Assembly (NCBI RefSeq): GCF_006345805.1
Contig: NC_043014.1
Location: 13,206,001-13,270,000, forward strand
DNA: 64,000 bases
Source: Octopus sinensis
Taxonomy: Eukaryota
Direction of reading: 5' to 3'
The notes beneath the pieces were generated by a model that did not search any database, was not told the origin of the DNA, and saw only the letters and a program-made list of their open reading frames with translations. Position numbers and translations under genes: made by a program. This document shows, piece by piece, positions 1 through 10,412 of this stretch. Each line of letters starts with the position of its first letter. The first letter of the stretch is position 1.

Positions 1-4
1 CACC

Positions 5-52
5 GTCTCCAATGAAGGGATATATAAAATATCCCGGAAACAGCTGTAAGGC
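5..52 (+). ncRNA. Degenerate type I hammerhead ribozyme motif in a Penelope-like remnant
   Basis: GUCU-CCAAUGA(A)-GGGAUAU/AUAUCCC stem II-(G)GAA-ACAGCUGU palindromic stem III-A-AGGC; the core differs from CUGANGA at two positions. Confidence 0.45.
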
Positions 53-109
53 CTATTTGTAAATGTTCTAAAATCTTTCACAGCCTTGAATATTTTTCTA
101 ATTCTGAAA

Positions 110-156
<47 letters not shown>

Positions 157-157
<1 letters not shown>

Positions 158-541
158 TTTTATTCTTTTATTCCTTTACTTGTTTCAGTTATTTGACTGT
201 GGCCATGCCGGAGCACTGCCTTTAGTCGAGCAAATTGACCCCAGGACTTATTCTTTATAAGCCTAGTATTTATTCTATCGGTCTCTTTCGCTGAACCACA
301 TTACGGGGATGTAAACACACCAGCATTGATTGTCACACAAACACACACACACACACACTCACATATATATACATATATGACAGGCTTCTTTCAGTTTCTG
401 TCTACCAAATTCACTCACAAGGCTTTGGTCAACCTGAGGCTATAGTAGAAGACATTTGCCCAAAGTGCCACGCAGTGGGACTGAACCTGGAACTATGTAG
501 TTGGTAAGCAAGCTACTTACCACACAGTCACTCCTGTGCCT
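157..541 (-). mobile_element. tRNA-derived SINE, family A
   Basis: Reverse complement of the repeat beginning GGCACAGGAGTGGCTGTGTGGTAAGTAGCTTGC with B-box-like GGTTCAGTCC; more than 10 copies in the window. Confidence 0.85.
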
Positions 542-562
542 ATATATACATATATATATATG

Positions 563-627
<65 letters not shown>
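542..627. repeat. (TA)n microsatellite
   Basis: Direct reading. Confidence 0.95.
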
Positions 628-629
<2 letters not shown>

Positions 630-631
630 CT

Positions 632-2670
632 ACCCAACAGAGGGACCAGCAATCCGAGTTGACAGTTCCTTAGTAGTTAAGGCAATTACAGGCATGAAAA
701 CAGGGAAAGCCCCAGGCCCATCAGGTATTACTGCAGAGATGCTCAAAATATCTGGTAGTGTCGGTTATAGCCTACTCACCCGTATAGTTAACCAGGTGAT
801 ACACGAAGGAGTCATTCCCAATGACTGGTGTAGCAGCATAATAGTCAGCTGCTACAAAGGTAAAGGTGACGCCCTAGATACAAATAACTACAGGGGTATC
901 AAGCTGCTGGATCAGGTAATGAAGGTTACAGAGAGGGTTATAGCCCAACTAATTAGAGAGAGAATTAGCTTAGATGCGATGCAGTTCGGGTTCGTGCCAG
1001 GGAGAAGTACTACTGATGCTATATTCCTGGTAAGACAGCTGCAGGAGAAATACCTAGCCAAAGATAAGCCTCTGTACCTGGCTTTTGTTGACATGGAGAA
1101 AGCCTTCGACAGGGTCCCCCGATCCCTTATCTGGTGGTCAATGAGGAAACTAGGGATAGATGAATGGTTAGTTAGAGTTGTGCGAGCCATGTACAGAGAC
1201 GCTGCTAGTAAGGTGAGGGTTGGCAATGAGTACAGTGAAGAATTCCAGGTAGAGGTTGGGGTCCACCAAGGTTCAGTCCTCAGTCCCCTCCTATTTATCA
1301 TAGTCCTCCAGGCAATAACGGAGGAATACAAGACAGCATGCCCCTGGGAGCTCCTCTATGCTGATGACCTTGCTCTAATTGCTGAGTCACTATCAGAACT
1401 GGAGGAGAAGTTTCAGGTGTGGAAGCAAGGTCTAGAATCAAAGGGCCTCAGAATCAATCTAGCCAAAACCAAAGTCCTAATAAGTAGGAAAGTAGACAAG
1501 TCACAAACGCCTTCGGGTAGATGGCCCTGCTCGATCTGTAAAAAAGGTGTAGGTAGAGACTCTATAAGGTGCACCAAGTGCAAGCTATGGACACATAAGA
1601 GGTGTAGCAATGTCAAAGGAAGGCTAACTAGGAAAATAGTTTTTGTCTGTGGCAGATGCTCAGGAGCAATAAACACTGAAAATGTGCAGAGACCAACGTC
1701 TACCATGTTCCAGGGAGAAAAACTAGAAGTAGTTGATAGCTTCCACTACCTAGGTGACCAAGTCAGTAGCGGGGGTGGGTGTGCTGAAAGTGTAACTGCT
1801 AGAGTAAGAATAGCCTGGGCAAAGTTTAGAGAGCTCTTACCCCTGCTGGTGACAAAAGGCCTCTCACTCAGAGTAAAAGGCAGACTGTATGATGCATGTG
1901 TACATACAGCCATGCTACATGGTAGTGAAACATGGGCTGTGACTGCTGAGGATATGCGTAAGCTCGCAAGAAATGAAGCCAGTATGCTCCGATGGATGTG
2001 TAATGTCAGTGTTCATAATCGACAGAGTGTAAGTACCTTGAGAGAAAAGTTAAACCTAAGAAGCATCAGTTGTGGTGTGCAAGAGAGACGTCTGCGCTGG
2101 TATGGGCATGTGACGAGAATGGGTGAAGATAGTTGTGTGCAAAAGTGCCACACTCTAGCAGTTGAGGGAACCTGTGGAAGAGGTAGACCCAGGAAAACCT
2201 GGGACGAGGTGGGTGAAGCACGACCTTCGAACTTTAGGTCTCACCAAGGAAATGACTAGAGACCGAGACCTATGGAAGTATGCTGTGCGTGAGAAGACCC
2301 GGCAAGACCAGTGAGAACAGTCAAAATCAAACCAAATCAACATCAGTGGAAATTGCAGCTGTGGTTAAGCGAACCATCCAATCATTTGTCCGTCTCGCCT
2401 GGCCCCCGTGCTGGTAGCATGTAAAAGCACCATCCGCTTGTGTCCGTTGCCAGCCTTGCCTGGCCTCCGTGCCGGTAGCATGTAAAAGCACCATCCGTTC
2501 GTGTCTGTTGCCAGCCTCGCCTGGCCCCCGTGCCGGTGGCATGTAAAAACACCATCCGTTCGTGGCCGTTTGCCAGCTCTGTCTGGCACCTGTGCAGGTG
2601 GCACGTAAAAAGCAGCCACTACACTCACAGAGTGGTTGGCGTTAGGAAGGGCATCCAGTCGTAGAAACAC
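632..2670 (+). mobile_element. RTE-clade LINE, 5'-truncated (copy 1)
   Basis: RT ORF followed by a 3' UTR shared with the copy at 6449-10963; starts abruptly after (TA)n. Confidence 0.92.
694..2259 (+). CDS. RTE reverse transcriptase (partial ORF2, no endonuclease); 1-nt frameshift near the C terminus
   Basis: Motifs KAPGPSG, NYRGIKLL, QFGFVPGRST, FVDMEKAFDRV, GVHQGSVLSP, LLYADDL, FHYLG, GRGRPRKTW; extra G near 2212 relative to copy 2 diverts the last ~35 codons. Confidence 0.9.
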   Translation: MKTGKAPGPSGITAEMLKISGSVGYSLLTRIVNQVIHEGVIPNDWCSSIIVSCYKGKGDALDTNNYRGIKLLDQVMKVTERVIAQLIRERISLDAMQFGFVPGRSTTDAIFLVRQLQEKYLAKDKPLYLAFVDMEKAFDRVPRSLIWWSMRKLGIDEWLVRVVRAMYRDAASKVRVGNEYSEEFQVEVGVHQGSVLSPLLFIIVLQAITEEYKTACPWELLYADDLALIAESLSELEEKFQVWKQGLESKGLRINLAKTKVLISRKVDKSQTPSGRWPCSICKKGVGRDSIRCTKCKLWTHKRCSNVKGRLTRKIVFVCGRCSGAINTENVQRPTSTMFQGEKLEVVDSFHYLGDQVSSGGGCAESVTARVRIAWAKFRELLPLLVTKGLSLRVKGRLYDACVHTAMLHGSETWAVTAEDMRKLARNEASMLRWMCNVSVHNRQSVSTLREKLNLRSISCGVQERRLRWYGHVTRMGEDSCVQKCHTLAVEGTCGRGRPRKTWDEVGEARPSNFRSHQGND

Positions 2671-2896
2671 TGGCAACGTAGTGAAGACATGACACGATGT
2701 AGGTAAAGAAATTTGAAAAGAAGATTCGAAACCGGTTATTTCTCCAAAAGCTTTGTAACTATACACAAAATTTTCTAACATTTTTTTAACATAACAACTT
2801 AAATATATTCTTTAACCTTTACAAGCCTTCTGTAGTTTTTTCACTCTTTTTTATTTTTTATACCTCCAACCATATAATACATACATATATATATAT

Positions 2897-3026
2897 GGCC
2901 GTTTGCCAGCTCTGTCTGGCACCTGTGCAGGTGGCACGTAAAAAGCACCCACTACACTCATGGAGTGGTTGGCGTTAGGAAGGGCATCCAGTCGTAGAAA
3001 CACTGCCAAGTCTGACTGGGCCTGGT
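2897..3026 (+). repeat. Duplicated segment of the RTE 3' UTR
   Basis: Near-identical to 2563-2668 and continues slightly further 3'. Confidence 0.85.
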
Positions 3027-3644
3027 ATATATATCATTCAACTACTGTAATAGTTGAATAATATTGTTAACGCTGCAATTTACTCACATGCAGCATCTTC
3101 AGAGCTTTGTTGCTAATACAGTTCTTAACCAAATTGAAAACCATTAACATTTTTGTAGCTGGTCGCTAGCTACATTGTGTCATAAAAAATTTGAGATTTG
3201 GTCCAGTAGAAAAAAGTTTACATCAAACTTTGTAGCAATGTTATAGGAGAGTAAGTAATGCTTCCAGTCAAGTTTAGATCTAAATACCTTTTTTTTATTT
3301 TAAAAGCAAAATATATTTATCTTAGTTTCATTGATAGAAGAAAGCATAAAGAATTTCATAGTTTTGATCCCATACATCAAAAATTTGTATAAAAAAAGTT
3401 GTGAGAAAAAATATCATGGAAAAATATAAGTAAGGCAAAAAATTGGATGTTAGTATAATTAACGTTTTATTTTAAAAACAACCTATATTTTGATTAAGCT
3501 TAAATGATCGAACTCAATTCAAGGAATTTCATGGTATCAATCTCATGCAATGAAGTTTTAAAAGAAAAAAGTTGAGTGTTTGTTTCTTAAATTTGAGGGT
3601 CATAATATAGTTTTATATTTTTTTATGAATATAGTTCCATACCT

Positions 3645-3901
3645 CCATGCCGGTGACATGTAAAAAGCACCATCCGATCGTGGCTGTTTGCCAACCTCGT
3701 CTGGCACCTGTGCCGGAGGCACATAGAAAGCACCCACTACACTCTCGGAGTGGTTGGCGTTAGGAAGGGCATCCAGCTGTAGAAACATTGCCAGATCAGA
3801 CTGGGCCTGGTGCAACCTTCTGGCTTCCCAGACCCCAGTTGAACCGTCCAACCCATGCTAGCATGGAAAGCGGATGCTAAACGATGATGATGATGATGAT
3901 G
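3645..3901 (+). mobile_element. RTE 3' end with (TGA)n tail
   Basis: Ends CCCATGCTAGCATGGAAAGCGGATGCTAAACGATGATGATG, matching the RTE copy 2 terminus. Confidence 0.85.
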
Positions 3902-4284
3902 AAGGGGACCTTTAATATATGTCACCAGTTTCATTGAGGTAAGGAAAAAATTCTCAATGACACCGCTAATTTGCAATTAGTTTAATTACATCATCTGTAT
4001 TAATTAATGCAATTATATCATAAAAATGAAAAAAATTAAAATATTGTTTAGAAATTTTGGCAATAGCCTAGCCATTTTCGCAATCTTTCATTTAACTCAA
4101 AGGCGTGTGTGTGCAGTTCAGCTGTTACTTTACAGTGTTTAATAAATTCCATAAAAAATTTTTTTTTATGTACATTTTGTTTGAAATTAGCATAAAGTGA
4201 AAGAGAGAGGAAATGGACATGGGCATGTGTATGTGTTGATGGGAGGTGTAAGACAGAAAGTGTGTGTTGTGTGTGTATGTGAGG

Positions 4285-4286
<2 letters not shown>

Positions 4287-4328
<42 letters not shown>

Positions 4329-4337
4329 AAGAAGAGA

Positions 4338-4370
<33 letters not shown>

Positions 4371-4416
4371 CGAAAGAGAGAGAGAGAAAGAGAGAGAGCG
4401 AAAGAGAGAGAGAGAA

Positions 4417-4447
<31 letters not shown>

Positions 4448-4518
4448 AAGAAAGAGAGAGAGAGAGAAAGAAAGAGAGAGAGAGAAAGAGAGAGAGAGTG
4501 AGAGAGAGAGAGAGAGAG
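4287..4518. repeat. (GA)n/(GAAA) polypurine microsatellite
   Basis: Direct reading; source of the ERER and SLSL ORFs. Confidence 0.95.
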
Positions 4519-4592
4519 AATAACAGCATACATTTTTTATTTATTTTTTCTTGCATCTTTTTATCAGTGAATATGTGATTGATTGACTTAGC

Positions 4593-4632
<40 letters not shown>

Positions 4633-5429
4633 GAGAGATGTGTGTTGCTGTGTGTGAGTATGTGTGTGTGAAACAGACAGACAGACAGAGAGTGAAAGCG
4701 TAAATTTTACTTAGCTACTTTACATACATGCAAAACAAAATTGTGATGGAAACCCACACCTTCACTCTGACTGACCCTTCTCTCTCCCTCACACGCACAC
4801 ATATGAAAAACATGTATGCAAATGTATTTGTGCATGTACGTGCATATGACAGATAATGGGTGTACGTATGTGTTTGCGTGCAGGTGTGACTGCCCCTAAC
4901 CATTTTACACATACATGACAATACCTCTCTCTCAGTCAATAACTTACACTCTCACTCACTAGAAAGAAGATACAAGAAAAATAAATAAATAAAAAACTTT
5001 ACCCTATCACTCTCTCCCTTTCTCTATCACTTTCACACACACAGAGCAAGGCACACCCTCTCTTGCTCTCTGACAACATCTCTCTCTCTCTCTCTCAGTT
5101 AAACACACTACAAAAAGATGCAACAAAAAGTAAATAAATAAAAAATTACACTATCACTCTCTCTCTCTCTCTCAGTCAATCACTCACACTCAAAAAAGAT
5201 GCCAGGAAAAATAAATAAAAAAATTTATGATGTCACTCTCTCTCTACCTCACACATACACATACACTCATAACAACAACAACAACAACAACAACCCACAC
5301 CTTCTCTCTCACACACACATGCACACACACTTTAAATCTATTATTCAATTTTCAATAAGGTAAAATCTTAAATCATTAATTGACACATTATTAATTACCA
5401 TAATAGCTTAGCCTAGAAAAAAACCTGGA

Positions 5430-6443
5430 TTACATGGAAAAATGTGAGCAAGAGAAATAATATTCTTAAGATTATAAACCTGGAAAAGTAAAGGACAAGT
5501 TATTACACTTGGAAAAGTTTAGAACAACTTATTACATCTGGAACCAGAAAATTTTTACTTAAAATATTGCAGCTAAGGATAAAATTAGAATATTAAAACT
5601 TATTTGATTTTAATTTACAAAGTAACAATATAATTAAAAAAGGTTCAATCATTTTGTTAAAATATCGATACAGTATTTCGTTTTGGGATTTGGTTTGCAA
5701 GATTCTTTATATGAGTTTGTGTGTTGAAGCATATTCTGTTGTGTCTGGGGAGAGTCATTTTCTTTTTGTGCCTTATAATGTAACACACTCACCGGTAAAA
5801 GACTATCGAATAGTTTTGACTCTAGTCAAAACTATTGAAAAGGTTGCAAGACGCAACGAAAATTTTAGGAAAATAAAAATAAGAAAAAAGTGGAAATTTT
5901 ACCGGTGAGTGTAGGCAGATTCATTATGTAAAAAAATAGGCATTGGGTCAAGACTAAAAATGTGAAGACTTGGCAATAACTTAGGAAATAACTCAAGTAA
6001 ATTTTATTGTAAATTTGTTGTTATAGGTAGATTTTACTGTAATATATAACTAATTTTTGTATTATTCTACTTATTGTACTAACTAATTATGTACTACGAT
6101 TATTTTTTATAACCTACTTTCATATTTCTAATTATTAATTGATAATTAAAAAGATTAATTTGTTTTTAAAGAGCAAAAAATATTTTGAGTTATTTTTTAT
6201 TCCCAATAGAAGTAACAAGTTATAACAAATAGAAGTAATAACTTGTAATAAAATTTTTGGTTTTGATAAAAGCTAATATTTTCTAAATCTAAATATTTTA
6301 TTTGAAATTTTGTCCTTAGCTGCAATATCTTAAGTAAAAATTTTCTTGTTCTGTAATTTACAAGATGTAATAACTTGTTCTGAACATTTCCAGGTTTATA
6401 ATCTTAAGAATATTATTTCTCTTGCTCGCATTTTTCCATGTGA
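5430..6443. mobile_element. Non-autonomous DNA element with long (~150 bp) imperfect terminal inverted repeats
   Basis: ACATGGAAAAATGTGAGCAAGAGAAATAATATTCTTAAGATTATAAACCTGGAAA near 5431 is inverted at 6390-6443; AATTTTTACTTAAAATATTGCAGCTAAGGA is inverted at 6313-6342. Confidence 0.65.
5660..5912. repeat. Foldback repeat, family F
   Basis: Shares TTTGCAAGATTC..GTGTGTTGAAGCATATT..GTGTCTGGGGAGA with 16081-16410; internal inverted repeat ACACTCACCGGTAAAA/TTTTACCGGTGAGTGT. Confidence 0.7.
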
Positions 6444-6624
6444 TATATATCATCATCATCATCATCATCATCATTTAGCGTCCGCTTTCCATGCTAGCAT
6501 GGGTTGGACGGGTCAACTGGGGTCTGTGAAGCTGGAAGGCTTCGTCAGGCCCAGTCAGATCTGGCAGTGTTTCTACGGCTGGATGCCCTTCCTAACACCA
6601 ACCACTCCACGAGTTTTTTAGGTG

Positions 6625-7165
6625 CCACCTGCACAGGTGCCAGACAGAGCTGGCAAACGGCCACGAACGGACGGTGCTTTTACGTGTCACCAGCACGGGG
6701 GCCAGCCGAGGCTGGCAACGAACATGAACGGATGGTGCTTTTACGTGCCACCGACACGGGGCCAGACAGAGCTGGCAAACGGCCACGAACGGACAGTGCT
6801 TTTACGTGTCACCGGCACGGGGGCCAGCCAAGGCTGGCAATGAACACGAACAGATGGTGCTTTTATGTGCCACCGACACGGGGCCAGACAGAGCTGGCAA
6901 ACAGACACGAACGGATGGTGCTTTTACGTGCCACCGACACGGGGCCAGACAGAGCTGGCAAACGGCCACGAACTGACGGTGCTTTTACATGTCACCGGCA
7001 CGGGGCCAGGCGAGGCTGGCAACGAACACGAATGGATGGTGCTTTTACGTGCCACCGACACGGGGGCCAGACAGAGCTGGCAAACGGCCACGAGCGAATG
7101 GTGCTTTTACATATCACCGACACGGGTGCCAGACTAGGCTGGCAGTGGACACGAATGGATGGGTC
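6625..7165 (-). repeat. 61-bp tandem repeat (~9 units) in the RTE 3' UTR
   Basis: GTGCTTTTA anchors at 6674, 6735, 6796, 6857, 6918, 6979, 7039 and 7101. Confidence 0.9.
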
Positions 7166-7209
7166 ACTTAACCCCTGCTTTCTGATATATGATTTGATTT
7201 TGATTGTTC

Positions 7210-10200
7210 TCACTGGTCTTGCCGGGTCTTCTGACGCACAGCATACTTCCATAGGTCTCGGTCTCTGGTCATTTCCTTGGTGAGACCTAGAGTTCGAAGG
7301 TCGTGCTTCACCACCTCGACCCAGGTTTTCCTGGGTCTACCTCTTCCACAGGTCCCCTCAACTGCCAGGGTGTGGCACTTTTTCACACACCTATCTTCCT
7401 CATTCTCGCCACATGACCATACCAGCGCAATCGTCTCTCTTGCACACAACATCTGATGCCTCTTAGGTCCAACTTTTCTCTCAAGGTACTTACACTCTGT
7501 CGACTATGAACACTGACATTACACATCCAACGGAGCATACTAGCTTCATTTCTTGCGAGCTTACGTAAATCCTCAGCAGTCACAGCCCAAGTTTCACTAC
7601 CATGTAGCATGGCTGTATGTACACATGCATCATACAGTCTGCCTTTTACTTTGAGGGAGAGGCCTTTTGTCACCAGCAGGGGTAAGAGCTCTCTAAACTT
7701 TGCCCAGGCTATTCTTACTCTAGCAGTTACACTTTCAGCACACCCGCTCCCGCTACTGACTTGGTCACCTAGGTAGCGGAAGCTATCAACTACTTCTAGT
7801 TTTTCTCCCTGAAACGTGATAGAAGTTGGTCTCTGCATATTTTCAGAGTTTATTGCTCCTGAGCATCTGCCACAGATAAAAACTATTTTCCTAGTTAGTC
7901 TTCCTTTGACATTACTACATCTCTTATGTGTCCATAGCTTACATTTGGTGCATCTTATAGAGTTTCTACCTACACCTTTTCTACAGATCGAGCAAGGCCA
8001 TCTACCTGAAGGCGTTTGTGATTGGTCCACCTTCCTACTTATTAGGACTTTGGTTTTGGCTAGGTTGATTCTAAGGCCCTTCGATTCTAAACCTTGCTTC
8101 CACACCTGAAACTTCTCCTCCAGTTCTGATAGAGACTCAGCAATTAGAGCAAGGTCATCAGCATAGAGGAGCTCCCAGAGGCATCCAGTCTTGAATTCCT
8201 CCGTTATTGCCTGGAGGACTATGATAAATAGGAGGGGGCTGAGGACTGAGCCTTGGTGGACCCCTACCTCTACCCAGAATTTCTTCACTGTACTCGTTGC
8301 CAACCCTCACCTTACTAGCAGCGTCTCTGTACATGGCTTGTACAGCTCTCACTATCCCTAGTTTCCTCATTGACTACCAGATAAGGGATCGGGGGACCCT
8401 GTCGAAGGCTTTCTCCATATCGACAAAAGCCAGGTATAGGGGCTTGTCTTTGGCTAGGTATTTCTCCTGCAGCTGTCTTACCAGGAAAATAGCATCAGTA
8501 GTACTTTTCCCTGGCACGAACCCAAACTGCATCTGATCTAAGCTAACTCTCTCTCTAATTTGTTGGGCTATAACCCTCTCCGTAACCTTCATTACCTGAT
8601 CTAGCAGCTTGATACCCCTGTAGTTATTTGTATCTAGGGCGTCACCTTTACCTTTGTAGCAGTTGACTATTATGCTGCTACACCAGTCATTGGGAATGAC
8701 TCCTTCGTGTATCACCTGGTTAACTATACGGGTGACTAGGCTATAGCCAGCACTACCAGATATTTTGAGCATCTCTGCAGTAATTCCTGATGGGCCTGGG
8801 GCTTTCCCTGTTTTCATGCTTGTAATTGCCTTATCTACTAAGGAACTGTCAACTCGGATTGCTGGTCCCTCTGTTGGGTCAACATTCGGCAGACTCTCTT
8901 TATCCCATTCATTTTCCTCATTCAGCAACCTTTCATAGTGGCGTCTCCAAACCTCTCTCTTTGCATCCTCATTTAGCGCAAGTGAGCCGTCATCCTTGCG
9001 AACACATTTCTCTCCTACCACGTCACGATTCTCTCTCACACACTGTCTTGCAACACGAAATACCTCAAGTCTTTCATCTTCACGGCGCAGGACATTGGCA
9101 AATTTTTTCTTATCTGCTTCCCCTCTGGCTAAATACACCTGCCTCCTAGCCTCCCTTCTTGCAGTCTGATACACTTCCCTGCTACCACCGTTCTTCCAGT
9201 CCTTCCAAGCCTGTTTCTTTTGTCTAATAGCCCTGTCAACAGTATTGTTCCACCACCACGTTATTTTGGGTCTTGTGGGGACTTTGCACCAGCCACAGAT
9301 CTGGTCTGTGGCTTTCAGCAGGTTGTCCCTTAGAAGCGCCCAGTTATCTTCTATACCATGTGTAACTATACCCCCTTCTATTTCGTTGAAGGCTTCAAGT
9401 AACATGTCTCTAAATCTCTGTCCATTTGCAGGGTCTTTAAGCTTCCAGACCCTTCTTCTCCATGTTGGTCGTCTTCTAGTCGTCCTCTTAGTCCTGATTC
9501 TAAAGTCACTGACTACCAGTCTATGTTGTGGGGTACACTCTTCGCCTGGGAAGGTTTTGGCATTTATAAGCAGCCATCTTTCCCTTTTTCTGGTAAGGAT
9601 GTAGTCGATTTGGCTAGTATGCTGGCCCGAACGGTAGGTGACCAAGTGGCTTGTCGGTTTCCTGAAGTTAGTGTTGCAAACCATAAGACTATTCGCATCA
9701 CAGAACTCCAGCAGCCTGGTTCCCTCCTCATTGCAAGAACCATAACCATAGCCTCCATGAACGTCATAGAAGCCCTCAGCATATCGTCCAACATGCCCAT
9801 TGAAGTCACCACCCACAAAGAGAAGGTCCCTGTCGTTCGTCAGTGAGGTGGTCTGCAGTAGGGTGTCATAGAAACAGTCTTTCTGTCCATCGGGTAGCCC
9901 TGGCTGAGGGGCATAGGCCGATATAATAGTTGCTAAACTATGATGGAGCACTAAACTAATCTTCAGTATTCTGTCACATACTCTGACTACCTCGATTACC
10001 TTACCTACCCATTTTTCGGCAATAAGCATACCTACTCCCCCGACCCCTTCAGTATTCCCAGCCCAGAAAATCTTGTACCTCCGTCCTTTACCTGTGATGA
10101 ACCTAGCAGAACCTCCTCTCCACCTCATCTCTTGAATACAGCATATATCCACACACCTCCGTTCAAGCAATTCAACGATCTCGCCAGATCTGCCTTTCAG

Positions 10201-10260
10201 TGTGCCAACGTTGAGGGTGCCAATCCTGAGGGAGTGGGAGGCATTGGACCTAGTAGCATC
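7210..10260 (-). pseudogene. Disrupted RTE ORF (APE endonuclease + RT)
   Basis: LRIGTLNVGTL, ICCIQE, SAYAPQ, GDFNGHVG, SQIDYIL, PQHRLV (APE) and YADD (RT); TGG>TAG stop near 8374, a 15-nt deletion and frameshifts near 8280 and 7400. Confidence 0.9.
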
Positions 10261-10261
10261 A

Positions 10262-10280
10262 TGAACATATATATATATAT

Positions 10281-10313
<33 letters not shown>

Positions 10314-10412
10314 TATAGATACATACATACATACATACATACGTACGTGCGTACATACATACATACATACATACATACATACATACATACATACATACAT
10401 ACATACATACAT
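10262..10412. repeat. Compound (TA)(GA)(CATA) microsatellite inside the RTE 5' region
   Basis: Direct reading. Confidence 0.9.

Noticed and set aside
912-1706. Antisense ORFs over the RTE copies (also 8826-9846 and 7816-8109)
   Set aside because: Shadow frames of the LINE ORF.
3089-3250. Exon-like signals on both strands near 3.1-3.25 kb
   Set aside because: In-frame stops in all plus frames and only a short unlinked minus frame.
6625-7165. CRISPR-like appearance of the 61-bp and 166-bp (27221-27745) repeats
   Set aside because: Whole units repeat with no unique spacers, there are no cas genes, and the context is eukaryotic.
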